Assembly: GCF_036971445.1 (NCBI RefSeq)
Contig: NC_091474.1
Coordinates: 209,126,001-209,190,000, forward strand
Source: Narcine bancroftii
Lineage: Eukaryota
DNA: 64,000 nt
Direction: 5' to 3'
In this document: positions 11,240-23,600 of the stretch, one piece after another
Layout: each line of letters begins with the position of its first letter
How positions within the stretch are numbered: the stretch's first letter is position 1
Position numbers and translations under genes: made by a program
The notes under the pieces: model-generated
Told to the model about the DNA's origin: nothing
Databases searched by the model: none
The model's input: the letters and a program-made list of their open reading frames with translations, nothing else

Positions 11240-11955
11240 AATTCGCCACGTATTTGAGTTGTATCTATTTCAATGCAAGGTGTATTGTAGGAAAGATGGA
11301 TGAGCTCAGAGCATGGATCAGCACATGGAGTTATGACATTGTGGCCATTTGTGAGACTTGGTTGCAGAAAGGGCAAGACAAGCTGCTTAATATTTTGGCC
11401 CTGAAAGAAGAGGTGGATGAAAGGGGGAGAGGTGGCATTTCTCGTCGGGAACCATGTCACAACAGTGTTGAGAAAGGACAGATTAGAGAGCTCGTCTATT
11501 GAGGCTCTACAGGTGGAATTGAGATATGGGGAAAGGGATGACCACATTAGTGGGATTGTAATATAGAGCACCAAATAGCAGGGTTGTGATGGTAACTGAT
11601 GTATTGACTAGAACTCCCATACTATATAATAGCTGGATGGTTAAGGTTTGTCAAATGTGTTCAGGAAGATTTCCTAAATCAATATAGAGAGGTCCGCGCT
11701 AGAGAAAATGTAGTACTGGATCTCCTATTTGGGAATGAGACAGAGCAGCTGATGGAGCTGTATGTAAGGGAACACTTTGGACTTAGTGATCATAATGCCA
11801 TTAGTTTCAAGGTAATCATGGAAAGGGATAGGTCTGGTCTGAACTGATGCTAAATTGGAGAAAGGACACTTTTGATGGTACCAGAAAAGATCTGGCAAGT
11901 GTGGACCTGGACAGGTAGTTAATTACAAAGAGGTGAAATCTTGAGAGTACAGAGT
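11240..11955 (+). mobile_element. CR1 ORF2 APE endonuclease fragment
   Basis: LSCIYFNARCIVGKMDELRAWISTWSYDIVAICETWL; later VLDLLFGNE and LGLSDHN motifs. Confidence 0.85.
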
Positions 11956-11959
11956 TCAG

Positions 11960-12790
11960 AATTTATGAACATGTCTTAAAATTTGTTGTTTTGTGGCAGC
12001 ATTACAGTGCAAATATTGCTACGGATTACATTTCAAAAATAAATAAATAGTGCAAGAAAATAGGAGAAAGTGAGGTAGTCTCTGCAGTTCATTGTCCATT
12101 CAGAAATCTGATGGCAAAGGGGAAGAAGCTGTCCTGGTGCTGCTGGGTGTGACAGAGGATGAGAAGTAACTTTATAGGGATAAATAAGGCCAGCACCTTT
12201 TTCCCAGGACAACAGTACCAAATACTAGAGGATGTCTGTATAAGGTGAGTGGAGGAAAGCTTAGGGGAGACTTTGGTAGGTGGCTGGAATGCATTGTTGG
12301 GTGTGGTGGTGGAGGCTGGTACAATAGGAACGTTTAGATGATAAAGAAAAATGGAAGATTATGGGCTGTGAGGTTGGCAAATAAGAGATTGTAGATAGAT
12401 ATATATATAGGTCTGTGTAATATTGTTGGCTGAAGGGTCCATACTGTCTTGTAGTATACTATGTTCTCAGTGTTGATAATTCTAGAACAAGAGGACACAG
12501 GCAGAGATCTAAGAGGTGCAACATTTTCACTCCAAGGGAGGTCGGCACTTTAGTTGAGCTGGATGAGTTGGGTCGAAGGACCTGATCTGTGGTGTATCAC
12601 TCCAGTATGTGTATGGAATGAGATGCCAGAGGAAGCTACAGGATTGTTTACAATTTTGACATTCTAAAGATATTTGGCCAGAATATGGATATGAAGAGTT
12701 TAGGATTAGAACCAAATGCAGGCAAAAAGGAATGCCATCTTGGTCAGCATAGACATGTGGGGCTGAAGGGTCTGTTCTGTGCTGTGTGAC
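11960..12790. mobile_element. Patchwork: Rex1/Babar 3' tail (minus, ~11960-12150) and two CR1 3' ends (plus)
   Basis: tcagaaatctgatggcaaaggggaagaagctgt (Rex reverse strand); TRGxxxKV motif and ggctgaagggnc..tactgt CR1 tails. Confidence 0.6.
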
Positions 12791-13499
12791 TACTCGATCT
12801 TAGCTGCAAGATTCTTGATTCATTGCCTGTTGGGCACCACTGAGGTAAAAATGATGGAATGTAAAAATAAACTATAACAGATCTTAAATTTCTGAAATAT
12901 AAGCAAAAAGTGCTGAAACACTGTACGTCAGGCAACATCAGTAGAGAAAGCAGAGATAATCTTTCCTAATATGACCCTTCTGGAGAACAACTGAATACTG
13001 ATGGTTTCTCCACCTCTGTCATTGTCCATATTGGAAGCTGAGCTGAGTAATATGACCGTATTGTTGATTTACTAACCCATAAATAAGATAAAAAATATAG
13101 GGAGGAATTGTCTTTCTATAGCACCTGTTACAAGATCAGGATGCCCTAAAGTGATTGACAGAAGTAAAAAGATATTTGAAATGCGTATTTTTGTAATGCT
13201 CAGCTCCTACTGAGTACATTCGAGGCTGAGATCAATAGGGTTGTAGGCACAAAAATAATAGAGTCATGAGAATCATATGGGATAGTGGATGAGGCACAGG
13301 ATCAGTCTGAATGTCAGAATGGGCAAGAGCACCATCTGGCTGACTTTTTCTTAACTTCTGAATGTTGGATAACTCCTACAGTCAATGGAAATTGTGCCAA
13401 AAAGTAAAATAAGTACAAACATTTAGAGCTGAACTGATTTTCTATGTTCTATCACAAGCATTATTTGAGTTGTTAGACTAGACAGCAGAAGCCAAATAT

Positions 13500-13844
13500 G
13501 AAAACGAGTAAAAGTATAAAGTGACGCATTTTGGAAGGTCGAGTACAGGGTTAATGGTCAGATACTTAACAGTGTGCAGGAACAGAGGGACCTTGGGGGT
13601 CCAAATCTATACATCTCTTAAGGTTGCCAAGAAGATTGATAGGATAATTAAGAAAGCCTATGGCATGCTGTGCTTCATTAATAGGGGATTTTTGAGTTCA
13701 AGAGTCAAGAGGTCACGTTACAACTCTACAAATCTCTGCTGAGACCACACTTGGAGTATAGTGTTCAGTTTTGGTCATTTCATTACAGGAAGGATATGAA
13801 AGTTATGGAGAGGGTGCAGAGGAAATTTAAAAGGATATTACTTG
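13500..13844 (+). mobile_element. CR1 ORF2 C-terminal region, left part; host of the BEL insertion
   Basis: LGVQIYTSLKVAKKIDRIIKKAYGMLCFINRG..RPHLEYSVQFW..ERVQRKFKRI; continues at 23147. Confidence 0.85.
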
Positions 13845-14241
13845 TGTAAGGGTTAAAATGGATTTCAAGCATGTAAGCAGTTCTGTTTTTGGCTTTCTGG
13901 ATGTTGTTTAACATGTTTTAAGCTGTCTCCCAGCAACATCTTTGAGTCAACGTTACAGATGTTTTCTCGGCCATGTTAGAAAGGAAAGATGCTTAGTTTA
14001 ATTCTGTTGTTCTCCGAAATGGAGGGATCAGAGAAGCCAACCGACAATTTATATTGACTGTCCAGCAATGATTTAATTGTTTGTAACAACGTATAGCATC
14101 TGATAATAACGTTAGCAATGTTTAATATCGTTTAATAAACTTCAGAAAAGTCAACTTTAGTATGAATTTGTTTGAATGAGTCATAGACAACAACAACAAC
14201 TTCTCTGATATCCTCCAAGCAACTCTAAAGGAAAATAGTCA
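13845..14241 (+). repeat. BEL 5' LTR (end 14241, possibly ~14251)
   Basis: Aligns with 22793-23146 through GGAAAATAGTCA; AATAAA at 14134-14139. Confidence 0.85.
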
Positions 14242-14473
14242 TTCAAATTAAGTCAATAGCAAAGTTGGAAATTGAATTTGGAATTTGGACCGGAGGGGGC
14301 ACAATCGTCAACTGCAACATCAAGGCCATTGAAGAAGTGGTAAGGATTCTTTCTGTGTGTTTATTGTAAGTTAATCACAGTTTAGAGAAACTGCTGCTTG
14401 TCCTTTCAGGATTCTTTTGGAGTTATTGTTGTGCAAGTGATGCGTAAGTATGATGGTTGATTGGATGGATAAT

Positions 14474-16300
14474 ATGGCAGATGCCGCTGAAGCAGCTTCC
14501 CCTGAGGAGCTACATGTTGAGAAGATGAAGGTCAAGGAACTTAAAAAAGAATTGCAACGTCAGAGATTAGATTCAAATAGAGTCAAAATTACTCTTCAAG
14601 CAAGACTGAAGGAGGCAATATACAAACCCCACAGAATTACTGGAAAAAACATCAATAGTATGTAAGAGCACCCATTTGGAATTGTTTGAAGGTGTGCCAC
14701 AAGATGATTGTGTGGAGGATGGGCAATCCAGAGTGGAGACAAAGTTAGATATTAAGGTGACATCTGAAGTAGAGGTGATAGAACGTCAAATACTGGAAGC
14801 AGGAGAAGCAAGATAAGTTTTAAAGCAGACTCCAGAGTTTCAAGAACTGCATCTACAAGTTTAAAGGTTCAGGTTGACATGGCAGCTCTTGAAGCAGAAA
14901 AATAAATGCTTCAAAATAAATTGGCCTTATAAGAGTAGGAGGAGCGGATAAGAAGAAGAAGACAGGGTCAGCTAGGGATGAAGAAGGAGCAGCTAAGGAG
15001 GGAGGTGGAGCGGGAGGAGGAGCTGCTAAAAAAAAAAAGCAAAAGGATCAACTGTATACAAAAATTGTTAATCAGGCCAGGGCAAGGGTACTAGAAAGCT
15101 CAGAGGTAACTGGTGTTCAAAGTTAATTATCTACAGTGCCTAATGTTTTGGAGTCACATTTTGAGGTAGGGAAACAGAAAAAGAAAATATTTAATACCAA
15201 AGAAGGAATAGCGCTACAGTTACAAGACGTGTATGTACCTGAACCCCATTATTGACCCCAGTGGACAGAGATGTGAGCCATATACCATCTTATGAGCAAA
15301 ATACTGGAGGCTCCCGTCAGGTAACCGGAATCTAGGTGAACAAAGTAATGTACGGTCAGGCATGAGAAGGCAAAATGAAATGGCTGTATCGTTAACTCAG
15401 TTACAGTCTCTCTCTTCTCTGCTAAGAGAGAGATTCAAGTTTTTCATGGTGATCCACTTCAGTTCCCAATGTTCATGAGACACTTTGAAAGTCAGAGCCA
15501 AACTTGGAGGATTGTCTATATTATTTGGAACAGTTCACGAGCAGACAACCACAGAAACTAGTAAGGAGTTACCCATCATATGGCCTCGAATGAAGGATTC
15601 GAAAAGGGTAAATTTTTACTGAAGAAGCATTTTGGCCACAAGCATAAAATTGCTATGGCTTATGTACAGAAGGTTCTTTAATGGTCGTCAATAAAAACTG
15701 ATGACATGAAAGTTCGACAAGCTTACTCCCTCTTTCTAAAAGGATGTTGTAATGTCTTGATGGAGATTGGCCATCTACAAGAACTTGACATGTCTACTAA
15801 TAATTTTAAATAAATTACCCTACTGGATGAGAGAACAATGGAGAATTTTAGTTGCTGAGTACCAGAAAAGTTGTGATAGAAGAGCTGCATTTATGGATTT
15901 GGTGGAGTTCATTGAAGAGCAAGTAAACATTGTCACAGATCCAGTGTATGGAAATATCAAAGGTACTCAGACAGTAAGCAAAGACGTTGAAAGCTCCAAA
16001 TCATACCTTCAACCAAAATTGGAAAAAAGTACATTTGCCACTTTCGTGGCAGTTGCAGGTAAAAGAATTAAGGAAAAGGAAAGTTTGCCTGCTGTGAAGA
16101 AATGTTTATTCTGTAATGATTTAGAAAAGTATGCACAGTTGGAAAAGATTCATAGTGAGAAAATCACTTTTATGAAGGAAAATGGAGTATGTTTTTGTTG
16201 TCTGTGTAAAGGACGCCAGCAAAAATTGCAAAAAGTAACTCAGCTGCGACATATGTAGTCAAAAGCATCCCAAAATGCTACATATCTTCCAGGAAAAGAA
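14474..16300 (+). pseudogene. gag: BEL gag remnant: N-terminal SAP domain, coiled-coil, BEL capsid-like region, three Cys/His knuckles
   Basis: VEKMKVKELKKELQRQRLDSNRVKITLQARLKEAI (14516-14620); E/K/R-rich stretch; REIQVFHGDPLQF; KLPYWMREQW; CLFC, CFCCL, CDIC..KHPKMLH; many stops and frameshifts. Confidence 0.8.
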
Positions 16301-16587
16301 AAATATGGAAAAGGAACAAGCAATAAGCAGATGGAAACAATGCTGAAGCTCGATACCATCAAATGGTTATACTGGGGTCAGTGAGAACAACTACAAACTT
16401 TTACTAGTATCTGTACAAGTCAAGGCCAAGAAACGAGGTACAATAGAGCAAACTTATTTATTTCTTAACCCAGGAAGCACTGAATCATTTTGCATTGTGG
16501 GGCTTCTTCAAGGAAGAAGGTCAAAAATTCAAGTGAAACACATTGAAACCAAAGTTGTTTTGGGCCTAGAGATCACTGGACTAGATA

Positions 16588-16897
16588 CAGGGTCGGCATC
16601 AGAACAAATATAATCGGGAGGGGGGGGAGCAACAGGGTGACCGTGGGGGGGGGGTGGGGGGGAAGCAATCTGATGTTTGAAAACTCACTTGGTGTTGTGG
16701 AGGGAGGTGGGTGCCTACCTGCCATGAACCTCCTCCGTGCGCCACCGCTGTCACACTTCCATCTCCCTCTGACATAACAGGCAAACGTGCGGAGACTAGT
16801 GATGCTGGGATGCTAGAGCTATGCGTGGAGAGTGCACAATAACTTATTTTGGGGGGACAATTTCCAAAAATGACCCCATTGGCACCTGCCGTGACTG
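16588..16897. mobile_element. G-rich ~310-bp insertion in BEL pol, possibly a hAT-like MITE
   Basis: Interrupts LEITGLD|..DFCE; weak inverted ends CAGGGTCGGCA / TGCCGTGACTG; no convincing TSD. Confidence 0.45.
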
Positions 16898-17504
16898 GAG
16901 ATGAGTGATTTTTGTGAACGCTCAGAAGACTATGCCTGTGTATAAAGGAAACATCCCACATCAAAACAACATTGAAACGTGGATGCGTTTGAAAAATGTT
17001 GGCTTATATGAAATCAGGACTACGTCCTGATTTGGTACATTTGGTTCAGATGTACCAAATGCCCTGGAGCCACTAGATATGATAAGGAGTGTGGGAGATG
17101 GACCTTACACTGTCAAAACTATGCTTGGATGCAAGATTAATGAACCATTAAGAGGAAGAAATGAGGTTCAGGACCAGTTGGCTATTGTATCAACAAGATA
17201 TCGATTATTAAACTTGATGAGCTGTGGGAGTAACAGTTCGAGATTGACTTTCCTGAGTGCCTCAGGGATGACCAACAATTTTCAAGGAAAGACCAGCAGT
17301 TCTTGGAATCGGTGTCAAAATCTGCCAAACTGGTTAATGATCATTATTGCATTGGATTACCTTTAAAGAAAAGGGAAATATGCATGCCTGATAATAGAAG
17401 TGTTGTCGAACGATGTACATTGAATTTAAAGAGAAGATTCAAGAAAGATTCTTCCTTTCATTCAGACTACACCAACTGCATGTCTGACATGATAATTAAA
17501 GGTT

Positions 17505-17790
17505 ATATAACCATATAACCATACAACAATTTATGGCATGGAAACAGGCTATCTCTGCCCTTCAAGTCCACGCCGGTTCACTCAAACAACTCTGCTAGAT
17601 CTCCCCGCCTATTCTCCACCCATAACCCTCCAACTCCCTCTTATCCATGTATATATCCAGCCTCCTCTTAAATGAACGGATTGACTCTCCCTCAACTATT
17701 TCCTCTGGAAAATTATTCCATTCAGCCACCGCTCTTTCAGTGAAGAAGCATCCTCTAATGTTTCTCCTAAAATTTTGCCCCCTTACCCTC
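17505..17790 (-). mobile_element. CR1 3' fragment inserted in BEL
   Basis: ataaccatataaccata tail plus ggaaacaggc..cccttc; reverse strand encodes FTERAVAEWNNFPEEIVE. Confidence 0.75.
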
Positions 17791-17823
17791 TGAAGTGCCA
17801 GTTGATGAAGTAGACAAAGACGA

Positions 17824-18200
17824 TGTGATCAAACAATAATCATGGCTTTTATTAGCAGAAGCTCATGGTACAATAATGGAAGACAATAGATGCATGTACA
17901 GTTATATCCAAGGGGAGTGTCCTTAACAGTAGAGGTAATGCACAGCCAATGTTAGTACAGCAAGGCTCACCAGAGGAGGGAGACAGACAACTTGGCAGAC
18001 ATTCACCGCAGTCTCCCCCTGGCAGAAGAAGAGTTAAAATAAAAAGGACAGCTGCTAGGAAAGACTGAAGTAAGCGATACATGGATACCATGTTTGGCCT
18101 TGAGATACTCTAACAGCCAAAATACGCCAGTATCTAGTAAGCAATCAAAATATAATGAGATGTTTTAGTTTCACTAAATTTTCAACTCTTACGTAGTCCT
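17824..18200 (-). mobile_element. 3' end of a small LTR element nested antisense in BEL (LTR 17824-18010 plus PPT)
   Basis: Minus strand reads AGGGGGAGAC (PPT) then TGCGGTGAAT...AATAAAA...GATCACA. Confidence 0.65.
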
Positions 18201-19308
18201 GATTTGACCAGTCTTAACTCAATTCCATAAAGTGTCGTCATCATTGCAGACATTGAAGCAATGTTCCACCAGGTGAAAGTACCAAAAGAAGACTGTGACT
18301 TGTTCGATTCTTCTAGTGGCCTGATGGAGACTGCAGTCAGAACATGGTAGAATACAGAATGACAGGGCATCTCTTTGGAGTGACTTCATCACCCAGTTGT
18401 GTGAATTCTGCCTTAGGAAGTGTGCTGAGGACAATTTGAAACAGTTTAGCTCTCAAGTAGAAATAACTTCTATGTGGATGACTGTCTTACTTATGTAACT
18501 ACAGGTTTTTTTTATCATGAGTTGTGAGCGATTTGTTTCAAGGGAGGCTATCTACTTATCAAATGGATAAGTAACAGTTGTCATGAATTGGCGGCCATAC
18601 CTGAAAGAGAGAGGGCAAAGGAAATGAAGAATTTGGACTTGGACCACGACAACCTTCCTGTGGAGAAGGTGTTAGGTGTGTTCAGTGTTAAGTTCAAAAT
18701 TATTTGTAAGGACCAACCTCTCACTAAAAGGGGGATTCTATCAACAGTCACTTTGATATCTGATCCTCCTGGAATATTGGCATCAGTTGACCTGACTGCC
18801 AAGAAGATCCTGCAAGACTTGTGTAGGAAAAGGAGTGGTTGGGATGATGAGATACCAGAATCCATTGTGCAAGAATGGACATGTTGGATTCAGGATCTTT
18901 ATATGCTGGGAGACTTCAAGATTGTCAGATGCTTCAAACCCACAAATTTTGGAACTGTGAGATCTGCTTAATTGCATCATTTTGTTCATGTATGTGAAGA
19001 CTGTTAGTTACCTATTACTGCATGATAAGGTACATTGTGGATTTGCAATGGGAAAGGTCAGAGTGTCTCCACTGAAATCAGTCACTTTTCCACGAATGGA
19101 GTTGAAGGCTGCTACCATGGTGAGCAGAATGGACACAATGTTGAAAAGAGAGTTGCAGATGGAACTATCAAACTCCATAATTTGGACTGATGAAACTTCT
19201 GTGCTCAAATACATCAATAATAAAACCACAAGGTTTCAAACTTTTGTGGCTAACAGAAGCAGAATCTCTGAAATTGATAAAGTTTCACATCTAATACAGT
19301 GGAGATAT

Positions 19309-20026
19309 TATTACAAGATCAAACCAGGAACCACAAAGAAGGCATATCACACAGGGGTAAAGATGAACAATTACTTTATTAACAAAAATTCACCTTCAAA
19401 CTTTAATTCAAAATCCCCCCTTTTATAACAATGCCCACTGGTTATTATGCAAATTTCTAAAACAGTGTAAAACTAATAAATTCCCCAGCCTAAATATAAC
19501 ATATGTAATTAAAGTCTAAGTTATATTTCCAGCCCACAGAAAAACTTAGACACAAAACAAACACAAAATACACAAAAAACTCACGAAACTTTGATCTCAA
19601 CCGAAGTAAAGATCATAAATAAAATTCAATTTGTTTGGTAAACTGAAGCCAAAAGATCTTTGAGAGAGAGAGAGAGAGAGAGAGAGCGCACAAAATTCAA
19701 AGTGGTCTTCTTGTGTTGCTTGCAGAGAGAGGAACAACTGGCTTGATCTGGATCCTTCTGGCAACCTTCGGAATGTTCATCCCTTTTGAAATCCCAACAT
19801 TCTAAACTGTCCTCCAGACCATGACTCATGCTCTGGGCCTTCTTCCACTCCTCAGTGGTTTATCGTCCAAATCCAGAAATTTTTAGATCATTTTCTGCAC
19901 ATGCTCAGTCTGTCTCCCACTCTCTCAGCAGTCCACCTTCACCTTGGCTCTCTAAGGCAAATTGTCACTTTTTAACATAAAAGCACACAAAACATAGGCC
20001 AATACACAACACAGAACTTTGTAACA
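19309..20026 (-). mobile_element. Solo LTR (718 bp) nested in BEL RNase H
   Basis: T(A)TTACA...TGTAACA with ATAT 4-bp TSD; removal restores the QWRYVNAVGNPAD frame; AATAAA on the minus strand at ~19375. Confidence 0.85.
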
Positions 20027-21800
20027 ATATGTTAATGCAGTTGGTAATCCTGCCGATGTTTGAAAGTGAAGTTTTTTTCTAAAGAAAGAAATGTGGGTGT
20101 CTGGGCCTTGATTTCCTCCACACCCTCAGAAGTAATGGCCTCAAAATCCTGATAAATTATAAGAAATGTTACCAGAAGACCCTGAAATCAGGAGTAAGAC
20201 TGCAAATGCTGTTCAGTTAATGTCTGAACAAATGGATCCAGTTAACCGCTTAATCCATTACTTCTCATCGTTTGAAAAAGGCAACAACATGGATGCTCAG
20301 ACTTAAAAGACTTCCTCTGAATTGTAGCAGAAAGGAAAAACAATTTCAATCAGATAACATCCATCAGGTATCTATGACAAAAAGAGACAGGAGATCTTGA
20401 GACTCAAGAAAACAGTGGTTTCACAGTTGAAGTTTTGGTTAATGCTGCGAAGGAGATTATCTGCTTTTGCCAGATGAAGAGATTTGCAGAGAATTTTCAA
20501 GTCTAAGAAAGGGAATGAATATTAAAAGGACAAACCACATTTGTAAAATCAACACCATTCTGGAGAATGGTTTATTAAGAGTTGGGGGGGGGGGCAACTT
20601 AACAGAGCAGGAATGCCAGGAGAGATGAAACATCCTGTCATATTAGCCAAGGATCTTTACGTCTCTGATTTGATTCCTCAGCTTATTCACGAAAAGGTGG
20701 GCCATAGTGGTCTCAATCACATGTTATCCAATCTACACCAAAAATATTGGATTCTTGGTGCCACTGGGTCAATCTGAAAAATTATGTTGGAATGTGTTGT
20801 TTGTCAGCATCCAAATGCTATTCCTGGACAACAGTAGATGGCAGATTTGTCCCTGGACAGAGTCTCTCCTGATGAACCTCTGTTTACATATGTTGGAGTT
20901 GAATATTTTGGACCCTTTGAAGTAAAGCGTGGAAGGGGTGTCGTGAAATGCTATTGTGTTATTTTCACGTTCAGCCATAAGAGGAATTCATATTGAAGTG
21001 GCATCATCACTTGATACAGACTTCTTCATTAATATCCTTTGGCATTTTATTGCCAGGCATGGTCAGGTAAAAGAACTACGATCTGACAATGGTACTAACT
21101 TTGTGGGGACTCAACACGAATTGAAGAAAGCGCTTATGGACTGGAATCAAGATCATATTCATACTGTATTACTCCAGAAAGGAATTAACTGGATCTTCCA
21201 TCCCCCTTCTGGCTCATACCATGGAGGTGAATGAATCAGTGTGAAAAGTTCTCATACTAGATGAGATTCTTAATGAGGAGGGTCTTCAGACAGTTCTCTG
21301 TGAAGTTGAAGCTACCCTCAACTGTCGTCCAATGACTAAGACTTCTACAGATCCAAATGATCTTGAAGCACTTATCCTGAACCACCTTTTGTTTCTTAAG
21401 ACTAAGCCTTCGTTGCCACAAGTGCAATTTCAGAAGGAAGACATATATGTGCATCGCAGGTGGAAACAGATGCAATTTATATTGGATTTGTTCTGGAAAA
21501 GATAGGTGAAAGAATATCTTCCACTGTTGCAGGAGTGACAGAAATGGATTAAGATCAGGCACAATTTCACGGCCGGGAGGTTGTGATCATCATGGACAAT
21601 TCAGCGCCTCAAAATTCCTGGTTGATGGGGAGGATTGTTGAAACCATCCAGGACAAAGGAGGATTTGAATGTCAAGTTCAGATCAAGACTAAAACTGGCT
21701 TTCTGAACAGATCAATTTCCAAAATCTGTTTTTAATGAAGAGGCAGAAAGCTTTGCTAAATTACTTTTATTTTCTTTTGAAATATATACTACTACTTGTA

Positions 21801-22720
21801 GAATGAAACACTGTTTTAACATGCCCTCATTTTATGCAAATTTGAATATAACGAGATGAGCCATTGGATCTTTGTTTTTACTCTTTCCAGAAATGAAAAA
21901 AAAATTTAAGAAAAAGAAAATCTTTTTCTCTGAAAGATAAGCTTCATTCACTTGATGTGATCGAGAATAAAAGTCAAACCAAGTTGCATGAGACATCAGC
22001 ATACCCGAATTAACACTTCAAGGCTGGAAATCTGAAGAAGACAAGTTATGCACATTGCTTTGCAAAGTTGAAGAAGAAGCAGGACTAAAAGCCAATGCCT
22101 GAAGGCAGCCAAAGATGTCAGCCTCGATGACTTGCTGTATAAGTGGTTCATTCAAGCTTGCTGAGAAGGCCTCCAATTTCTGGGCCTATTCTCAAAGCTC
22201 AAGCCGAGAAGTTTGACAAGCTGATCAATGGAGAAACCTCAGTTCAACGCTAGCAATGGATGGCTAGATCAGTTTAAAAACCACCACAGGATTTCTCAAG
22301 TGTTAGTGTCAAGAGAAATTCACTCAGCTGATAATGCCGCCGCGAGTGAATATCTGGCTGAACTAAAATCTCACTTAGAAGAAGGTGGCGTCATCGAAGA
22401 ATAAGTGTACAAATGTCACAAAACAGGCCTCTGTTACAAGATGATCCTAGACCATATGCTAACTAGTAAAAATGACACCCATTGACGTGAGGGGTTCAAA
22501 TAACGCAAAGATCGCGTGACATTTTATTGAAACAAAACTGGAACATATAAGTTAAAACAAAATAATGATGGAAAGAAATAAAATCATAATTGCTAATATA
22601 TGTATTCTTGAATGCTTTTGAAAACACTGATTTTCTTGAACCCCGATTTAGCGTGACCCCACTTTTTTCGTGATGACATTATTTAGACCCAAACATCCGT
22701 GTTATAATGGGGTTTCATTG
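21801..22720 (+). mobile_element. Tigger/pogo-family DNA transposon (internally deleted) in the BEL 3' UTR
   Basis: TA flanks; TIR GAATGAAACACTGTTTTAACA vs TGTTATAATGGGGTTTCATTG; CENP-B-like LYKWF..ISGPILKAQAEKF..ASNGWLDQFK and a decayed DETGL region. Confidence 0.85.
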
Positions 22721-22792
22721 TATGTACTTATTTTGATTTTTTTTCTTCATGATAGTAATGATTTTTTTAAACATAATAATTAGGGTCCGGGT

Positions 22793-23146
22793 TGTAAGGG
22801 TTAATATGGATTTCAAGCACGCAAGAAGTTCTGTTTTTATGCTGTCTCCTAGCAACGTCTTTGAGCCAAGGTTTCAGATGGTTTATCGGCCATGCTAGTA
22901 AGATAAGATGCTTAGTTTAGTTCTTTTGTTCTGCAAAATTGAAGGATTGGAGAAGCTATCTGACAATTTCTAATGACTGTTTTAACAGCTTATAACAACA
23001 TATAGTAACTTATGACAATTTTAATAAGTTTAATATTGTTTAATAAACTTCAGAAAACTTAACTTTAGTACAAATTTATTTGAACAAGTCACATACAACA
23101 ACAACTTTTCTGATATCCTCCAAGCAACTATAAAGGAAAATAGTCA
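22793..23146 (+). repeat. BEL 3' LTR
   Basis: Homologous to the 5' LTR with many substitutions and indels (old insertion). Confidence 0.88.
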
Positions 23147-23600
23147 CTGCTGGAAAATAAGTCTAATGAGGCAAGGTTAGTGGAGTTAGAACTTTTCTCT
23201 TTGGATCAAAGAAAGTTGAGAAGTGACTTAATAGAGGTCCACAAGATTTTGAGAGGCATAGATAAGGTAGAGAGCCAGCACCTTCTTCCCCAGAGCAGGA
23301 ATAGCAAACATCAGAGGACATCTCTACAAGGTGAAGGGAGGAAAGTTTTGGTGAGTCATCAGGGATAGGTTCTTTCCCCACAGAGAGTTGTGCATGTCTA
23401 GACTGCCTTGTCAGGGATGGTGGAGAAGGCTGAAACATTAGGGACATTTAAGAGACTCTTAGACATGCACACGGTTGAAAGAAAAATAGAGCATTATGAG
23501 GAAGGAAGGTTTTAGTTTTTTTTGGTAGGAAAATATAGGTCAGCACAACATTGAGGGCTGAAGGGCCTGTACTGTGGTACAATATTCTATGCTCTGCTTT
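23147..23600 (+). mobile_element. CR1 3' end, right part of the element split by BEL
   Basis: ELELFSLDQRKLRSDLIEVHKILRGIDKVE..; terminal gggctgaagggcctgtactgt tail. Confidence 0.85.

Larger units (their letters stand above)
16380..21735 (+). pseudogene. pol: BEL pol remnant (PR-RT-RH-IN) interrupted by four insertions
   Basis: FLNPGSTESF (protease), ADIEAMFHQV and FYVDDCL (~18468-18488), TKRGILST, PRMELKAA, FQTFVANR, QWRY|VN..NPAD, HEKVGHSG, IHIEVASSLDTD, SDNGTNFVG. Confidence 0.88.
13845..23146 (+). mobile_element. Full-length but decayed BEL/Pao LTR retrotransposon
   Basis: Paired LTRs starting TGTAAGGGTT (13845, 22793); gag with FHGDPLQF and CCHC knuckles, protease, RT (DIEAMFHQV, FYVDDCL), Pao-type RNase H, integrase (SDNGTNFVG) in BEL order; PPT-like tagggtccggg before the 3' LTR. 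Confidence 0.93.

Noticed and set aside
14450-14665. Host hnRNPU-like gene exon or retrocopy
   Set aside because: Lies ~230 bp inside a BEL 5' LTR at the gag start and is followed by gag motifs, with no other hnRNP domains or splice structure; treated as a TE-borne SAP domain
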